A DNA stretch of 64,000 nucleotides from an uncultured Methanospirillum sp. (GTDB taxonomy: Archaea > Halobacteriota > Methanomicrobia > Methanomicrobiales > Methanospirillaceae). The stretch spans positions 1 through 64,000 of the forward strand of contig CAZWTX010000004.1 of assembly GCA_964637135.1 (NCBI GenBank), given 5' to 3'. Position 1 is the stretch's first letter. Every line of letters begins with the position of its first letter. Below are positions 19,283 to 29,952 of the stretch, in pieces. A model generated the notes under the pieces. The model saw only the letters and a program-made list of their open reading frames with translations, did not search any database and had not been told where the DNA came from. Both the position numbers and the translations under genes were made by a program.

Positions 19283-19631
19283 TATTCACCTCCTTGTGCT
19301 GGTTCGTATCTTCCGGATGAGGATTCTGATGGGATAAAACGATGAATCCCATACATGGTGAAAACCTATTCTCACCTGCAGGGAGTATCCCTTTCCTCAT
19401 ACCGGATAGTACTACTCATCATCCAGGCGGATTGAATAAGAAAAAGAATGATATTCTGGGTTGAATGATACAACTCTCCGGTACGGTATCTGAAACATTA
19501 TATCTCTGTTTCGGGGTGATGAAACCGGAAATATTTCTGGATATGCAGATTACAACCGTCGGTTTTGGATATGGCAGATTGTCCGGAACGGGGGCATACT
19601 TATAAGAGGGAAACCGGGGGTATTATCTCTC

Positions 19632-19793
19632 ATGGCCGAATGGATCTGTTCAAAATGTGGCTACCTGTACAGCGAGGATATGGGTGATCCTGCCCATGGT
19701 ATTCCTCCGAAGACGGCGTTTGAAAAGATCCCGGATTCATGGGTATGTCCCCGCTGCGGGGTTTCAAAGGCTCATTTCGTGAAAAAAACCTGA
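19632..19793 (+). CDS. Rubredoxin (53 aa; missed by the ORF track)
   Basis: MAEWICSKCGYLYSEDMGDPAHGIPPKTAFEKIPDSWVCPRCGVSKAHFVKKT*: CxxCGY...WxCPxCG signature. Confidence 0.93.
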   Translation: MAEWICSKCGYLYSEDMGDPAHGIPPKTAFEKIPDSWVCPRCGVSKAHFVKKT

Positions 19794-19850
19794 TAGGTTA
19801 TCTCATGGAATGGCACGGGCGGGGGGAAGTATCAAGGGCAGAGCAGCCTG

Positions 19851-20279
19851 ATGATGAGGGTGAACTTCTGGAATCTGTATACTGATGGAGCAGCCAGAGG
19901 AAATCCGGGCCCGGCATCAGCAGCCTGGTGCCTGCGATCAGGCGATGAGATCCATCTCCGGGATGGTGTGTACCTCGGATATTCTACGAACAATGCTGCT
20001 GAATATTCTGCCCTGATCCACGGTCTTACCGCGAGTTCTGAGTTCGGGATCAAAACCATGACCGTGCACAGCGATAGTGAATTGATGATCCGGCAGCTTG
20101 AAGGAACATATGAGATCAGATCTCCCCGGCTGCTTCCCCTGTACCGGCAGGCAAAAGAACTGCTCAGAAAGTTCAGTCCGGTAACCCTCGTTCATCTGCG
20201 GAGATGCGATCCCGGGATCAGGGATGTGGATGCACTCTGTAACGCCATCCTGGATGAACAGAACGAAAAGGGAGGATGA
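19851..20279 (+). CDS. rnhA: Ribonuclease HI family protein
   Basis: YTDGAARGNPG, TNNAAEY and HSDSELMIRQ motifs. Confidence 0.88.
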   Translation: MMRVNFWNLYTDGAARGNPGPASAAWCLRSGDEIHLRDGVYLGYSTNNAAEYSALIHGLTASSEFGIKTMTVHSDSELMIRQLEGTYEIRSPRLLPLYRQAKELLRKFSPVTLVHLRRCDPGIRDVDALCNAILDEQNEKGG

Positions 20280-20284
20280 AAGGG

Positions 20285-21019
20285 TTATTTCTTCACCGTG
20301 GGAAGGCGGATCGTTGTGCCTTTTGTTCCAAGCGTGTTTTTGATGACTCCGGCTGCTCTCATGAGATAGAGAAGAATGCTGCCATACTCTTTCCCGCTCG
20401 CCACCATCATGAAGGATCCGGGAGTGCCGGCAACCGGTTTCTGAACATGGATATGGAGGTGTATCCTGTTGGTATCTCCTATCAATGCAAGGAGTTCCGG
20501 TTTCAGATCTTCTGACCGCTCAAGATCCCCGGGGTTGATATCTGCCTGGTACCCGGCACATATCAGGCTGGTGTCAGCCTGGTTAACTGTACGTATTAAT
20601 GACTGGAGGGTGTGGTACTCGTCAAACATGCTGAGCTGTCCGATCAGTTCCTCTGGCTCAGGGTTTCTGAAAACCGCTGTCCCTTCAAGATCTCCAAATA
20701 TCACCTTGGTAAATGGAAAGGCCTTGAAACCTTCGATGATGGCATAATCAATGCCCTGGTCTGCCAACAGCCGAAGTGCCCGGTCAAGATCCGGAGAGCG
20801 TATCTGTGCGACCATCTTTTCATCATCGATACCGATCGTCATTTCTGCACCGGTTGCAAAATGGAGCGTGGTATCCTTTCCTTCAGGGAGGATATATGTG
20901 TGATGCCCGAGGTGTTTTATCGTACCCACCCGCCCGTACTGGCACAGCAGGGTTCCGAAAGACCTGATGAACGTGGTTTTTCCTGAACCTGATCTTCCTG
21001 CGATGTGAATGATTCTCAT
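20285..21019 (-). CDS. mobB: Molybdopterin-guanine dinucleotide biosynthesis protein B with a divergent C-terminal extension
   Basis: GRSGSGKTT, VGTIKH, GKDT and IIEGFK motifs. Confidence 0.85.
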   Translation of the reverse strand: MRIIHIAGRSGSGKTTFIRSFGTLLCQYGRVGTIKHLGHHTYILPEGKDTTLHFATGAEMTIGIDDEKMVAQIRSPDLDRALRLLADQGIDYAIIEGFKAFPFTKVIFGDLEGTAVFRNPEPEELIGQLSMFDEYHTLQSLIRTVNQADTSLICAGYQADINPGDLERSEDLKPELLALIGDTNRIHLHIHVQKPVAGTPGSFMMVASGKEYGSILLYLMRAAGVIKNTLGTKGTTIRLPTVKK

Positions 21020-21116
21020 CTGGTGGACTCCCCGGGCAATTCGGGACCATACTGCCCGTAAGGGTAGTACAATATCTTTGCCAACATGGATATGGTTAAC
21101 CGTTCAATCATGGTGT

Positions 21117-21752
21117 ATGACCTCAGGCACTGAATATTCTAATGAAGAAATCATCCGGCTCGTCGAAGAGAAGGGATACCCCGCTCATTTCGTGGAGTAT
21201 TTCCGGAAGGCGATTCCCTTTCACACCTATGCGGCTCCGGGTCTGCTGATAGGGATTTTCATGATGGATTATGCACTGGAACTTCTCGGGGCAAAGCCCG
21301 GGGAAAAACTCTATGCAACCTGTGAAACGTATAAATGCGCCCCTGATCCCCTCCAGATTATCCTTTCATGCACCATCGGCAACCACCGGCTCAGTATTGT
21401 CCCGGTCGGAAGATTTGCAATCACCCTGAACAAACCGGTCATGGGGGATGTCGCCGAGGGATACCGGGTACGATTGGATCCGGTAAAGATCAAACTATAT
21501 CCGATACTCCAGCTCTGGTTTGCAAATAGTCCTCAGTTTGACAAGAAAATCATGAGTAAGACCCTGGTTGACCAGATCCTGACAGCCGGCCGTGATGTCC
21601 TCTCGTTCAGGAAGGTTCGGATACCGGTCACCCAAAAGGAGAAATGGAAATCCTCAACCTGCCCGGTCTGCGGGGAGGATGTTCCGGAAAAAATGATGGA
21701 AGGGGACCGGTGTGCCGCATGCGGTTCCCTGAAGTATTACGAAGAGATCTGA
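21117..21752 (+). CDS. fmdE: FmdE-family protein with C-terminal zinc finger
   Basis: FHTYAAPG, CETYKCAPD, CTIGN and CPVC..CAAC motifs. Confidence 0.85.
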   Translation: MTSGTEYSNEEIIRLVEEKGYPAHFVEYFRKAIPFHTYAAPGLLIGIFMMDYALELLGAKPGEKLYATCETYKCAPDPLQIILSCTIGNHRLSIVPVGRFAITLNKPVMGDVAEGYRVRLDPVKIKLYPILQLWFANSPQFDKKIMSKTLVDQILTAGRDVLSFRKVRIPVTQKEKWKSSTCPVCGEDVPEKMMEGDRCAACGSLKYYEEI

Positions 21753-22561
21753 TTACGATCTCCTTTTTTCAATCGGATCCGTTCTGCACCGGTATAGATG
21801 GTCATTCTTGGAGGTCTGACAAACCCGGCAAGGGTGAGGTTCAGGCGTTTTGCAAGGTTGATCCCCTCGGTGAACGGTGCATTATGACTGATGATTACCC
21901 GGACTGATGCCCGGCAGCATTTTGCAACCATGTCTGCAGGCATCCTCCCAGAACAGGCGATGATACAGGTTTTCAGATCAGCACCCTGCAGTGCTGCCTT
22001 TCCGACTGCCTTATCAACCGATGTGTGGCGTCCCATATCCTCCGCATATCCGATCAGGTCTCCGTTGAGCGATGCAATCACGGTGCAATGGGTTCCTCCG
22101 GTTTTTATCCAGACCTGTGCGAGATCGTTCACCTGTTTTGCAGTTGAGAAGACCACCTCCTGGTCCACGATGATTCTGTCATCTGCCGGGATAGCAAGTT
22201 CTCTCCATCCCTGCGTCTTTCCGGGATATCCTGAACTGAGCAGTTCCCTGCGACAGGAGAACTGCGACTCATCGAACGAGGGAATCATGCAGTCTATCCG
22301 GGTTCCGGTTATCTTCATCCGGGTTATCTCACTGATGTGTGTGATCCAGCCTTCACAAAGAAGATGTCCGGCAGCAAACGCCTCCAGTTCAGTGGGCGAA
22401 ATAGAAAGGCAGACGAGGAGATTATCGTTCACGTACAATGACACGGTCTCTTCCCGGCAGACTTCCACTTCCGTCTCCCGTGATCCGTTTTCATCGACAC
22501 GGATTACCTGACAGGTGACCGTAATATTGGAATATTGATCTGTATTTTCCGATGCAGCCAT
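21737..22561 (-). CDS. fdhD: Formate dehydrogenase accessory sulfurtransferase
   Basis: TGGTH, EDMGRHTSVDK, SGR and LTLAGFVR motifs. Confidence 0.9.
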   Translation of the reverse strand: MAASENTDQYSNITVTCQVIRVDENGSRETEVEVCREETVSLYVNDNLLVCLSISPTELEAFAAGHLLCEGWITHISEITRMKITGTRIDCMIPSFDESQFSCRRELLSSGYPGKTQGWRELAIPADDRIIVDQEVVFSTAKQVNDLAQVWIKTGGTHCTVIASLNGDLIGYAEDMGRHTSVDKAVGKAALQGADLKTCIIACSGRMPADMVAKCCRASVRVIISHNAPFTEGINLAKRLNLTLAGFVRPPRMTIYTGAERIRLKKGDRNQISS

Positions 22562-22626
22562 GACTTTTCCAGATTCTGATCTGATGCCGTCAGAGGTTAA
22601 AAAAGGTATATGTTTACCGGTTCCGG

Positions 22627-23907
22627 TTACTGCCAGACAATAACTTCGACCAGGTCTCCCCGTGAGATCTTTTCGGTTCCGGCTGGTATCCTGATGATCC
22701 CGTCGCTCTGGAGGAGGGTGGAGAGGAGCCCGGGAACTCCGCCGACCGTGGTTGCATACCCGTCCTGGATCCTGACCAGGTGAAAATGTTCCTTTCCGGG
22801 TTTTATCATGATATCCTCGCCCATGGTAACGATTTGCCGGTACCGCCTCTGACAGGGACTTCCTTTTAATCCCTGGATTAACTGAGTAAGAACCAGGGTA
22901 AGAATAAGAAATGATGATACGGGGTGCCCGGGAAGGCCAATGACCGGAGTGCCCTGTATGAACCTTATTATGGTTGGCTTTCCCGGTCCAAGGATGATAC
23001 AGGGCTGATCCTGGTCGCCAAGGTCAGAGATGGCCTGTTTTGTGATGTCGCGTTCCCCCCGTGCACTTCCTCCGCTGACGACAACCATGTCGCAGTCATG
23101 TGCTGCCCGGAGAAGGGTCTTTCTCAGGATGTCAGGATCATCACGGATTATCCCGTACATCATCGGCTCTGCACCCTGACGGCGGAGAAAGGTTGAGATG
23201 AGGTGGGAGTTCACTTCCCTGACCTCTCCTTCTGCGGGCTCCATATATGCCGAAACAAGTTCGGTTCCGGTTGAGATGATGCCGACGCGGGGGCGGACCC
23301 AGACCGGTACCTGTATCTGTCCGGCTGCGGCAAGAACACCAATGTCCTGCGGACGGATTGTCCACCCGGCAGAAAAAATCACCTCTCCTTCGCGAAAATC
23401 ATCTCCTTTCCGGATGATGTGATTCCCGGGGAGAAGGGGACTCTGGACCAGTATATCAGATTCGGTCACCCAGGCCTCCTCGTTCATGATCACCGTATCC
23501 GCCCCCTCCGGAAGGAGCGAACCGGTAGATACCGCCCATGTTTCACCGGGAAGAAGGGCCGGCCGGTCAGTCCGTCCCATGGGGATTCTTCCCATGATCC
23601 TGAGATGAACCGGGTTCTCCGGATTTGCATCAGCAATATCCACGGATCTGCATGCATACCCGTCCATGAGTGATCGGCTGAATCCGGGGATATCGGCCCG
23701 TGCGGAGATCTGCTCGGCGAGAACCCTTCCGTCAGCCATATCAATGGGTATTACTTCTATCCCGGATGAGTACCCCGCTGCCTTGATGAGGCTGACCGCT
23801 TCTTCTATCGTTGCCGTTTTGAGACCCCCATGGTAACACGTCTCCTTTGATACGAGCATCCCGGGTACTGCTAGGATCAATGCCTGGTTCAGCGAACCGG
23901 CGGTCAT
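22627..23907 (-). CDS. moeA: Molybdopterin molybdenumtransferase paralog
   Basis: PGFSRSLMDGYA, SGGSA and GPGKPT..GLPGHP motifs; start MTAGSL follows a GGAGG site. Confidence 0.88.
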   Translation of the reverse strand: MTAGSLNQALILAVPGMLVSKETCYHGGLKTATIEEAVSLIKAAGYSSGIEVIPIDMADGRVLAEQISARADIPGFSRSLMDGYACRSVDIADANPENPVHLRIMGRIPMGRTDRPALLPGETWAVSTGSLLPEGADTVIMNEEAWVTESDILVQSPLLPGNHIIRKGDDFREGEVIFSAGWTIRPQDIGVLAAAGQIQVPVWVRPRVGIISTGTELVSAYMEPAEGEVREVNSHLISTFLRRQGAEPMMYGIIRDDPDILRKTLLRAAHDCDMVVVSGGSARGERDITKQAISDLGDQDQPCIILGPGKPTIIRFIQGTPVIGLPGHPVSSFLILTLVLTQLIQGLKGSPCQRRYRQIVTMGEDIMIKPGKEHFHLVRIQDGYATTVGGVPGLLSTLLQSDGIIRIPAGTEKISRGDLVEVIVWQ

Positions 23908-24889
23908 ATCAATCCCTCCGGATACCTGGTAACAATATCGTTTCCAGGTCTTTGAATGAACGGTACCGGGTGTAACCGGCATGTCCACCGGCTCCTGCCC
24001 GGGGAGATATCCGTCCATAGGGATGTGTCACTATCAGGCATCAGGGTATTCATAAGGGCTCTAATCTGATTTTGATTAACTCACACTATGGGTTAAGCGG
24101 GTTAATAAAAAAATAAAATAAGGAGGCCAAAACCATCAATCATAAATATCAGTTGATCTCTCATCAGCATACTACCGGTAAAAGTTCATACGGAAAAGAG
24201 TAGAGGGACGATTGTCGGCGTTTGCGAAAGGAGAGGGAGGACCGGTATCCGGATACACCGGATCTGTTCAGGCCGACATATCACGGTTCCCATCCTGGAT
24301 CCTGAGTGATATCCCGGATGGGACAGAGAAAACCTGCGAATAACAGAGCCCGTTGTGTGTGTTCCTGGGTCCGGTGTGATCAAAGCTGGTATGATGAATC
24401 CGGAAGGTGAATTCTACTGTCTTAATTCATGGTCTCCTGAAATGGATCGAAACGATCTGAACCGGGATCCTGATACCCAGATATCCAAACCTCTCCCGTG
24501 GAAAGATTTCGCCAATTTTTCGTTTTGCAGATGGGCTGAAGGTTAGGTACGATGCAACGAAATCCATCTGCATAGTACTATCCGGGCGATGACAATAATA
24601 CATTTACTATTTGTAATTGTAAATGATATTTAGTTAATCAGTTCGTTTCCGACTCTTGATCACTGTTTTAATCCCCGGGATTCATCTGACCTGTCAGGAC
24701 CGGAGTATGACCTGAGGGTATTATCCCGTCATGGTGATTCTCATGAATGGAGACCTGCAGGTTCCTTCTCTGAAGCCGTTCCAGGTTTTGGTCAGTGACT
24801 GGTATACCGCCTGCTATCAACCGGTCATCGACCCGGCAGACAGTCATTCCTCTTTGGTAAAAAAAGACGGAGATCGGGTAAATACCCGG

Positions 24890-26131
24890 TTACTCCTTGA
24901 AGATGTTGTCGTAGATCATATCGGAGCCGGTTGCATCCAGCCGGGCCCGTTCTGCTTTCTCTTCGGCGAGTGCATGGATCGGGGGTTCCATGTTGATTCC
25001 CGGAGTGTGGTTGAACATCTTCTCGATCTCAACCTGCTGGGAGTGCATGAACAGGGCATTCGGGATCTCCATCGGGCAGAGTTCCTCGCACTGACCACAG
25101 TTGACACACGAATCAGACACGTGGGCAAACCGGATCAGGTGGAACATGAAACTCGTGGGCAGAACCCCTGGTTTCACGTAATGTGGCTTCTTGGTGGAAC
25201 ACTCAATACAATAACAGATTGGACAGGCTTCAACACAGGAGTAGCACTTGATACACTTGGCTGACTCAGTCATAATCAGTTTTAGCCGGTCCTTCCCGGT
25301 TCCGAGGCCTGTGAAGTCACGGTGTCTCCACTCCTCTCCGAGTTTGAGCATGGCCTTCTCGACCTTACCACGGATCTCGATTCCCTTTGGATCAGGAGCA
25401 CTGGTCTCAAGGGCTCCCTTTGACTGGGCGCTGTTGACAAGGTTTGCACCTTTTTCAGAACAAATTTCGAGGAACGTTGCCTTCCCGGCCTTCTCGCCGA
25501 TAACTCCCCAGTTACCGGCTGCGATATCAGCCTGGCGGGGAACTTTCATCTTGCAACGGCGGCAGTTGGAACGGCGTCCGTACCCCTCTTCCTCAAGTTC
25601 ATCGATCTTGATGCCCTTGTGTCCGCCTTCGTACTCGATGATAAACTGGCCCTTGTCGATCTCTTCCTTGTGAACGATATCGGGGTCAACCTCGAACTTC
25701 TCGGTGATCATCCGCCGGGCTGAAACCGGGCTGACAGATCCTCCGCAGTTCACACCGATCATGATGATGTTGTCAAGGTTGACCTGGTTCCGCTTGGCAA
25801 GTTCGTAGAATGCCATTGCATCGCACCCTTTGCAGGTAACGGCATACTTCTTGTCTTTTGCCCCGTTCAGGTATTTTTTGATCAGCTTCGGGATGAGCAG
25901 CGTTCCGCAGTGGAGTGATCCGGCTGACTTGATGATATCATCAGGATTGGTGATCACGGTGGGAACAGCATCGTAGAGATCCTTGCCTTTGGTGATGGCA
26001 ATTACAGCATCGACCATTTTGCTCTCAAGAGCATGCTTCAGGAGAGCGGTTACTGCTCCTCCACATTCTCCTTTCTTCTGGATCTCGGCATCCTTGGCCC
26101 ATGCATAGACCATATCGCCTTTTGCTGCCAT
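24890..26131 (-). CDS. fdhB: F420-dependent formate dehydrogenase beta subunit
   Basis: GECGGAVT, AGSLHCG, CRRC and two ferredoxin motifs; start MAAKGD. Confidence 0.95.
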   Translation of the reverse strand: MAAKGDMVYAWAKDAEIQKKGECGGAVTALLKHALESKMVDAVIAITKGKDLYDAVPTVITNPDDIIKSAGSLHCGTLLIPKLIKKYLNGAKDKKYAVTCKGCDAMAFYELAKRNQVNLDNIIMIGVNCGGSVSPVSARRMITEKFEVDPDIVHKEEIDKGQFIIEYEGGHKGIKIDELEEEGYGRRSNCRRCKMKVPRQADIAAGNWGVIGEKAGKATFLEICSEKGANLVNSAQSKGALETSAPDPKGIEIRGKVEKAMLKLGEEWRHRDFTGLGTGKDRLKLIMTESAKCIKCYSCVEACPICYCIECSTKKPHYVKPGVLPTSFMFHLIRFAHVSDSCVNCGQCEELCPMEIPNALFMHSQQVEIEKMFNHTPGINMEPPIHALAEEKAERARLDATGSDMIYDNIFKE

Positions 26132-26132
26132 C

Positions 26133-28193
26133 TTAGTTCCCTCCGATCTTTTCAATAGAAATGGCACAATGTTTGAGTTCAGGCATCTTTGAGAGTGGAT
26201 CGAGCGCGGTGTTGGTCAGATTATTGACACCATCTGCAAAGTGCATGGACATGTACACAACGCCCGGTGCAACATCATCAGTAAGCCGGGCAATGGTCTC
26301 GGTCTCACCACGGCGGCTCTTCAGCTTGACGAGTTCTCCGTCCTTGATCTTCAGACGCTGTCCGTCCTCGACGTTAATCTGAGCATAGGATCTGGGGACT
26401 TCACGATGCAGGTCTGCTGCACGGCCGGTCTGGGTCCGGGAGTGATAGTGGAAGACGAGCCGTCCGGTCATGAGAGTGAACGGATATTCGGCGTCTGCGA
26501 CTTCTGCCGGTGGCCGGTATTCAAGGCCGAAGAACTGACCCTTTCCGTTCGGGGTTGCAAATTTCTCACGGTGCAGGATCGGAGTTCCCGGGTGGTCTTC
26601 GGTAGGACAGGGCCAGATAACAGACTCCGGCTTTTCCATCCGCTCATAGAGACATCCGAACATGGAGGGGGTAACTGCACGCATATCGTCCCAGACATCC
26701 TTTGCGGTTGGGAGATCGAAGGTCTTCAGTCCCATACGTTTTGCGAGTTCTGCAATGATCCAGATGTCTTCCTTTGCCTCGCCCGGCGGATTGACTGCCT
26801 TGCGGACCCGGTTGACACGGCGTTCTGCACTGGTAAAGGTTCCATCCTTCTCAGCAAAACAGGATCCCGGCAGGACGACATCTGCATACTGACATGTCTC
26901 AGTGAAGAAGATATCCTGCACCACAAGGAAGTCCAGTTTCTGGAGTTGTGCCTTTACATGATTGGAGCTTGGGTACGTGACGACCGGATTAATCCCCAGC
27001 ATATATAATGCCTTGATCTCTTCGCCACACTGATTGATCTGCTCGGTAAGGGTGACCCCGTACCAGTCAGGCAGATCAGTGACTCCCCAGGCTTTCTCCA
27101 TCTTTGCACGGTTCTCGGGAACCTCACACTTCTGATACCCGGAGTAGACATTCGGGTATGCACCCATATCACAGGCACCCTGCACATTGTTCTGTCCACG
27201 GAGGGGGTTGACACCGACACCTTCGCGTCCGATGTTACCACAGAGCATTGCGAGGTTTCCAAGGGATCTGACGTTGTCTGTACCGGTGGTCAATTCGGTG
27301 ATTCCCAGGCAATAAATGATGACCGCATTCTTGGCATCGGCATACCTGAATGCCATTTCCTTGACGGTTTCGAGCGGAACACCATGAATAGCCTCACAAT
27401 CAGCATAGTTCTCAACCGCCTTCTTAAGATCCTCGAAGTGTTCAGTGCGTTCATCGATGAACTTCTTGTCCTGCTTTCCTTCCTTGATGATCCAGTACAT
27501 CATCGAGTTGATGAGGGCAATGTGTGTTGAAGGGTTAAACCGGATCCAGGTATCCGCAATACGGGCAGTCATGCTCTTACGCGGGTCAACCACCATGATC
27601 GGGATTCCCTTCTTCTTTGCCTCGGCAACCCGGCGTCCTGCCAGGGGGTGTGCCTCCATTGCGTTTGAACCCCACATGAGGATGAAATCGGAGTTGAGAA
27701 CGTCCCGGAACCCGTTTGTTGCGGCACCCGAACCAAAGGAGAGTGAGAGACCGGCAACGGAAGGTCCGTGACAGATACGGGCACAGTTGTCGACATTGTT
27801 CGTCTTGAAGGCACATCGGGCAAACTTCTGGAAGATGTAACAATCTTCGTTAACTGTTCTGCATGAGGTGTGGAATCCAAGACCCCGCGGGCCATGCTTG
27901 TCGCTGACTTCCTTCAGTTTCTTGGCGACCAGGTCAAGTGCCTCATCCCATGATGCCGGAACATGCTTCCCATCCTTCTTGATCAGAGGGGTGGTCAGCC
28001 GGTCTGGACTGTGGACATGTTCCCAGCAGGTTACTCCTTTTGGACAGAGTTTTCCTTCATTGACCGGGGTTCTGTGGTATGGTTCAACACCGACCACTTT
28101 TCCGTTGTTGACAACGAGGTTCAGGCCACAACCGACACCACAATATGGGCAGGTGGTCGGAACGTATTTCATTATTTCAGCATTTTCACTCAT
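26133..28193 (-). CDS. fdhA: Formate dehydrogenase alpha subunit (Cys-type, Mo/W-bis-PGD)
   Basis: CPYCGVGC..LC, NCARICHGPS and LRGQNNVQGACDMG motifs. Confidence 0.96.
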   Translation of the reverse strand: MSENAEIMKYVPTTCPYCGVGCGLNLVVNNGKVVGVEPYHRTPVNEGKLCPKGVTCWEHVHSPDRLTTPLIKKDGKHVPASWDEALDLVAKKLKEVSDKHGPRGLGFHTSCRTVNEDCYIFQKFARCAFKTNNVDNCARICHGPSVAGLSLSFGSGAATNGFRDVLNSDFILMWGSNAMEAHPLAGRRVAEAKKKGIPIMVVDPRKSMTARIADTWIRFNPSTHIALINSMMYWIIKEGKQDKKFIDERTEHFEDLKKAVENYADCEAIHGVPLETVKEMAFRYADAKNAVIIYCLGITELTTGTDNVRSLGNLAMLCGNIGREGVGVNPLRGQNNVQGACDMGAYPNVYSGYQKCEVPENRAKMEKAWGVTDLPDWYGVTLTEQINQCGEEIKALYMLGINPVVTYPSSNHVKAQLQKLDFLVVQDIFFTETCQYADVVLPGSCFAEKDGTFTSAERRVNRVRKAVNPPGEAKEDIWIIAELAKRMGLKTFDLPTAKDVWDDMRAVTPSMFGCLYERMEKPESVIWPCPTEDHPGTPILHREKFATPNGKGQFFGLEYRPPAEVADAEYPFTLMTGRLVFHYHSRTQTGRAADLHREVPRSYAQINVEDGQRLKIKDGELVKLKSRRGETETIARLTDDVAPGVVYMSMHFADGVNNLTNTALDPLSKMPELKHCAISIEKIGGN

Positions 28194-28798
28194 ATTTCAC
28201 CCGAGTTCTTCCATGGTACTGTTTTGAAGACGCCTGGGTCACCCGCATTCAGGATGGGGAGACCCGCCGGGTACCTTCCGGCTCCTCTGGAAAGGCATTC
28301 TTCCGGGTTATCGAACTGGTTACGTTCAGCACCGACATAATCTGCCGGTACAGGTGGTCCTGCAGGCAGGGATCCGGGCCGGACTGATTCCCGGTGAGAC
28401 CCTCATCTCCCCCCACGAAGAACCATGCATTTGAATCCTGTGAACATCGCTCTTTTTGTTCCAATCCCGGTGATCTGCCCGAACAGATCAGACCGGAATC
28501 ATCTGCTTGTATCCACAGTACAAAAAGAACCTTTCACAGCCTATCTAATAAACATGACGAACCGATCGAAAAAAATGAGGATTAGTCGGGGAAGAACGAT
28601 TTCTATGTGATCTTATCCCGGCTGATGTACAATTTGTGTATATATATCCGAATGTATGCCCCGTGATATGGCCAGGGATTTATTTATAACCTGTAATCTC
28701 CCCGCGATTCGCGAATCCTGTTGATTTTATCAGCCATAATCCTGATTGAGATATGAGAGGTGCCGGTCCATCCCGGAGATCTGTAATAATATCCTGTT

Positions 28799-29302
28799 CT
28801 ATGTCCGGTGTCTCTTCTCCAGTTTATCCCTGCACCATTCAGTAAACTCTATCTGACCGGGAATTTCAGGGGATGAACCCGCATTTTTCACGAGTGTTCG
28901 CGCTATATCAAGCGTTATTTCAAGATTGAGTAGCACAATGGTGGCAAATGTCCCGGTTCTTCCGATCCCGGCACCACAATGAACGAGTACCGAGGCACCT
29001 CCCCGTAATTCCTCCGCAATTTCCCCCGCAATGTGGAGATAGGCATTTCGGTCATCGGGAATTCCAAAATCCGGAACCGGAAGCATGACCTGATTCCATG
29101 GATGACGCCCACGGGTAATGATCTCTGCATAATCCGGTGATTTTTCCCTGATCTCTTCAAGGGAGGTCAGGCATATGATCCATGAGATGTTACGACTGGT
29201 AATCTCTTCCATCCATTCCTTTTCAGGTTCAAACCTGCCTGGCATCGAATGGAGGTACAGGGATCCGGGCAGGCAGGCCGGGAGGTTCACTATTCGGAAC
29301 AC
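28799..29302 (-). CDS. Dual-specificity/protein-tyrosine phosphatase
   Basis: VPDFGIP loop and VHCGAGIGRTG (CX5R) signature; GTG start. Confidence 0.88.
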   Translation of the reverse strand: MFRIVNLPACLPGSLYLHSMPGRFEPEKEWMEEITSRNISWIICLTSLEEIREKSPDYAEIITRGRHPWNQVMLPVPDFGIPDDRNAYLHIAGEIAEELRGGASVLVHCGAGIGRTGTFATIVLLNLEITLDIARTLVKNAGSSPEIPGQIEFTEWCRDKLEKRHRT

Positions 29303-29434
29303 AGCAGTAATTTTGTGTTGTTATTTAAATACGGTGTGTTTATCTGGTTCTAATTGATTCGCATCCTCCTCCTGTGATCAGGAGATCTCAGGGAATGCCT
29401 GAAAAATACCTCCTTCATGAAATATTCTGTCTGT

Positions 29435-29456
29435 TCTCTCTCTCTCTCTCTCTCTC
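29435..29456. repeat. (TC)11 microsatellite
   Basis: Perfect 22-bp dinucleotide run in the divergent phosphatase/kinase intergenic region. Confidence 0.9.
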
Positions 29457-29952
29457 TGTATTCAGGGCAGGCTGATGATGCTTAAATAGTGATGAATATC
29501 TTCTGGGTGTTTCTGTTTGTCATCGATTGCATCGGGTGGTTCTATCCGTATCTACTCTGGAAAACATCCCGGATCTGATATAATCCCTATTCTGACTTTG
29601 TGTGAGAGTTATTTCTGCACATGGGTAATGGGGACGTTGTGGGCAGGTTATATTTCTGAGTGGTGCCTACGACGCCCATTTTTATTTGCCTATTCTCTGG
29701 AATTACTATCTCAGTTTATTGCTCAGGGTATTGAAAAATATCTGATATTTATCGGCTAAAAAAATACCCGGAGGATCCCTTCAGGAAGAGTTGAGGAAAA
29801 GGGAGGTTTTATGAAGGTATATTTTCGCAGATTATTAATTAATTACCAATTTATAGTTACGTCTCTTAAAGTAGTACTGGTAAGAAAAAGCCCTTATAGG
29901 TAAAATTTCTCATGGGGTAAATAGGTGATTACTGGGGGTGACTGGAGGCAGA

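Noticed and set aside
24601..24625. Imperfect palindrome CATTTAC-T-ATT-TGT-AAT-T-GTAAATG in the moeA/fdhB intergenic region
   Set aside because: Single AT-rich occurrence with no second copy found; may be chance.
26133..28193. Possible selenocysteine recoding in FdhA, FwdB, HdrA or MvhD
   Set aside because: All metal-ligand positions are Cys codons in open frames; no in-frame TGA is needed.
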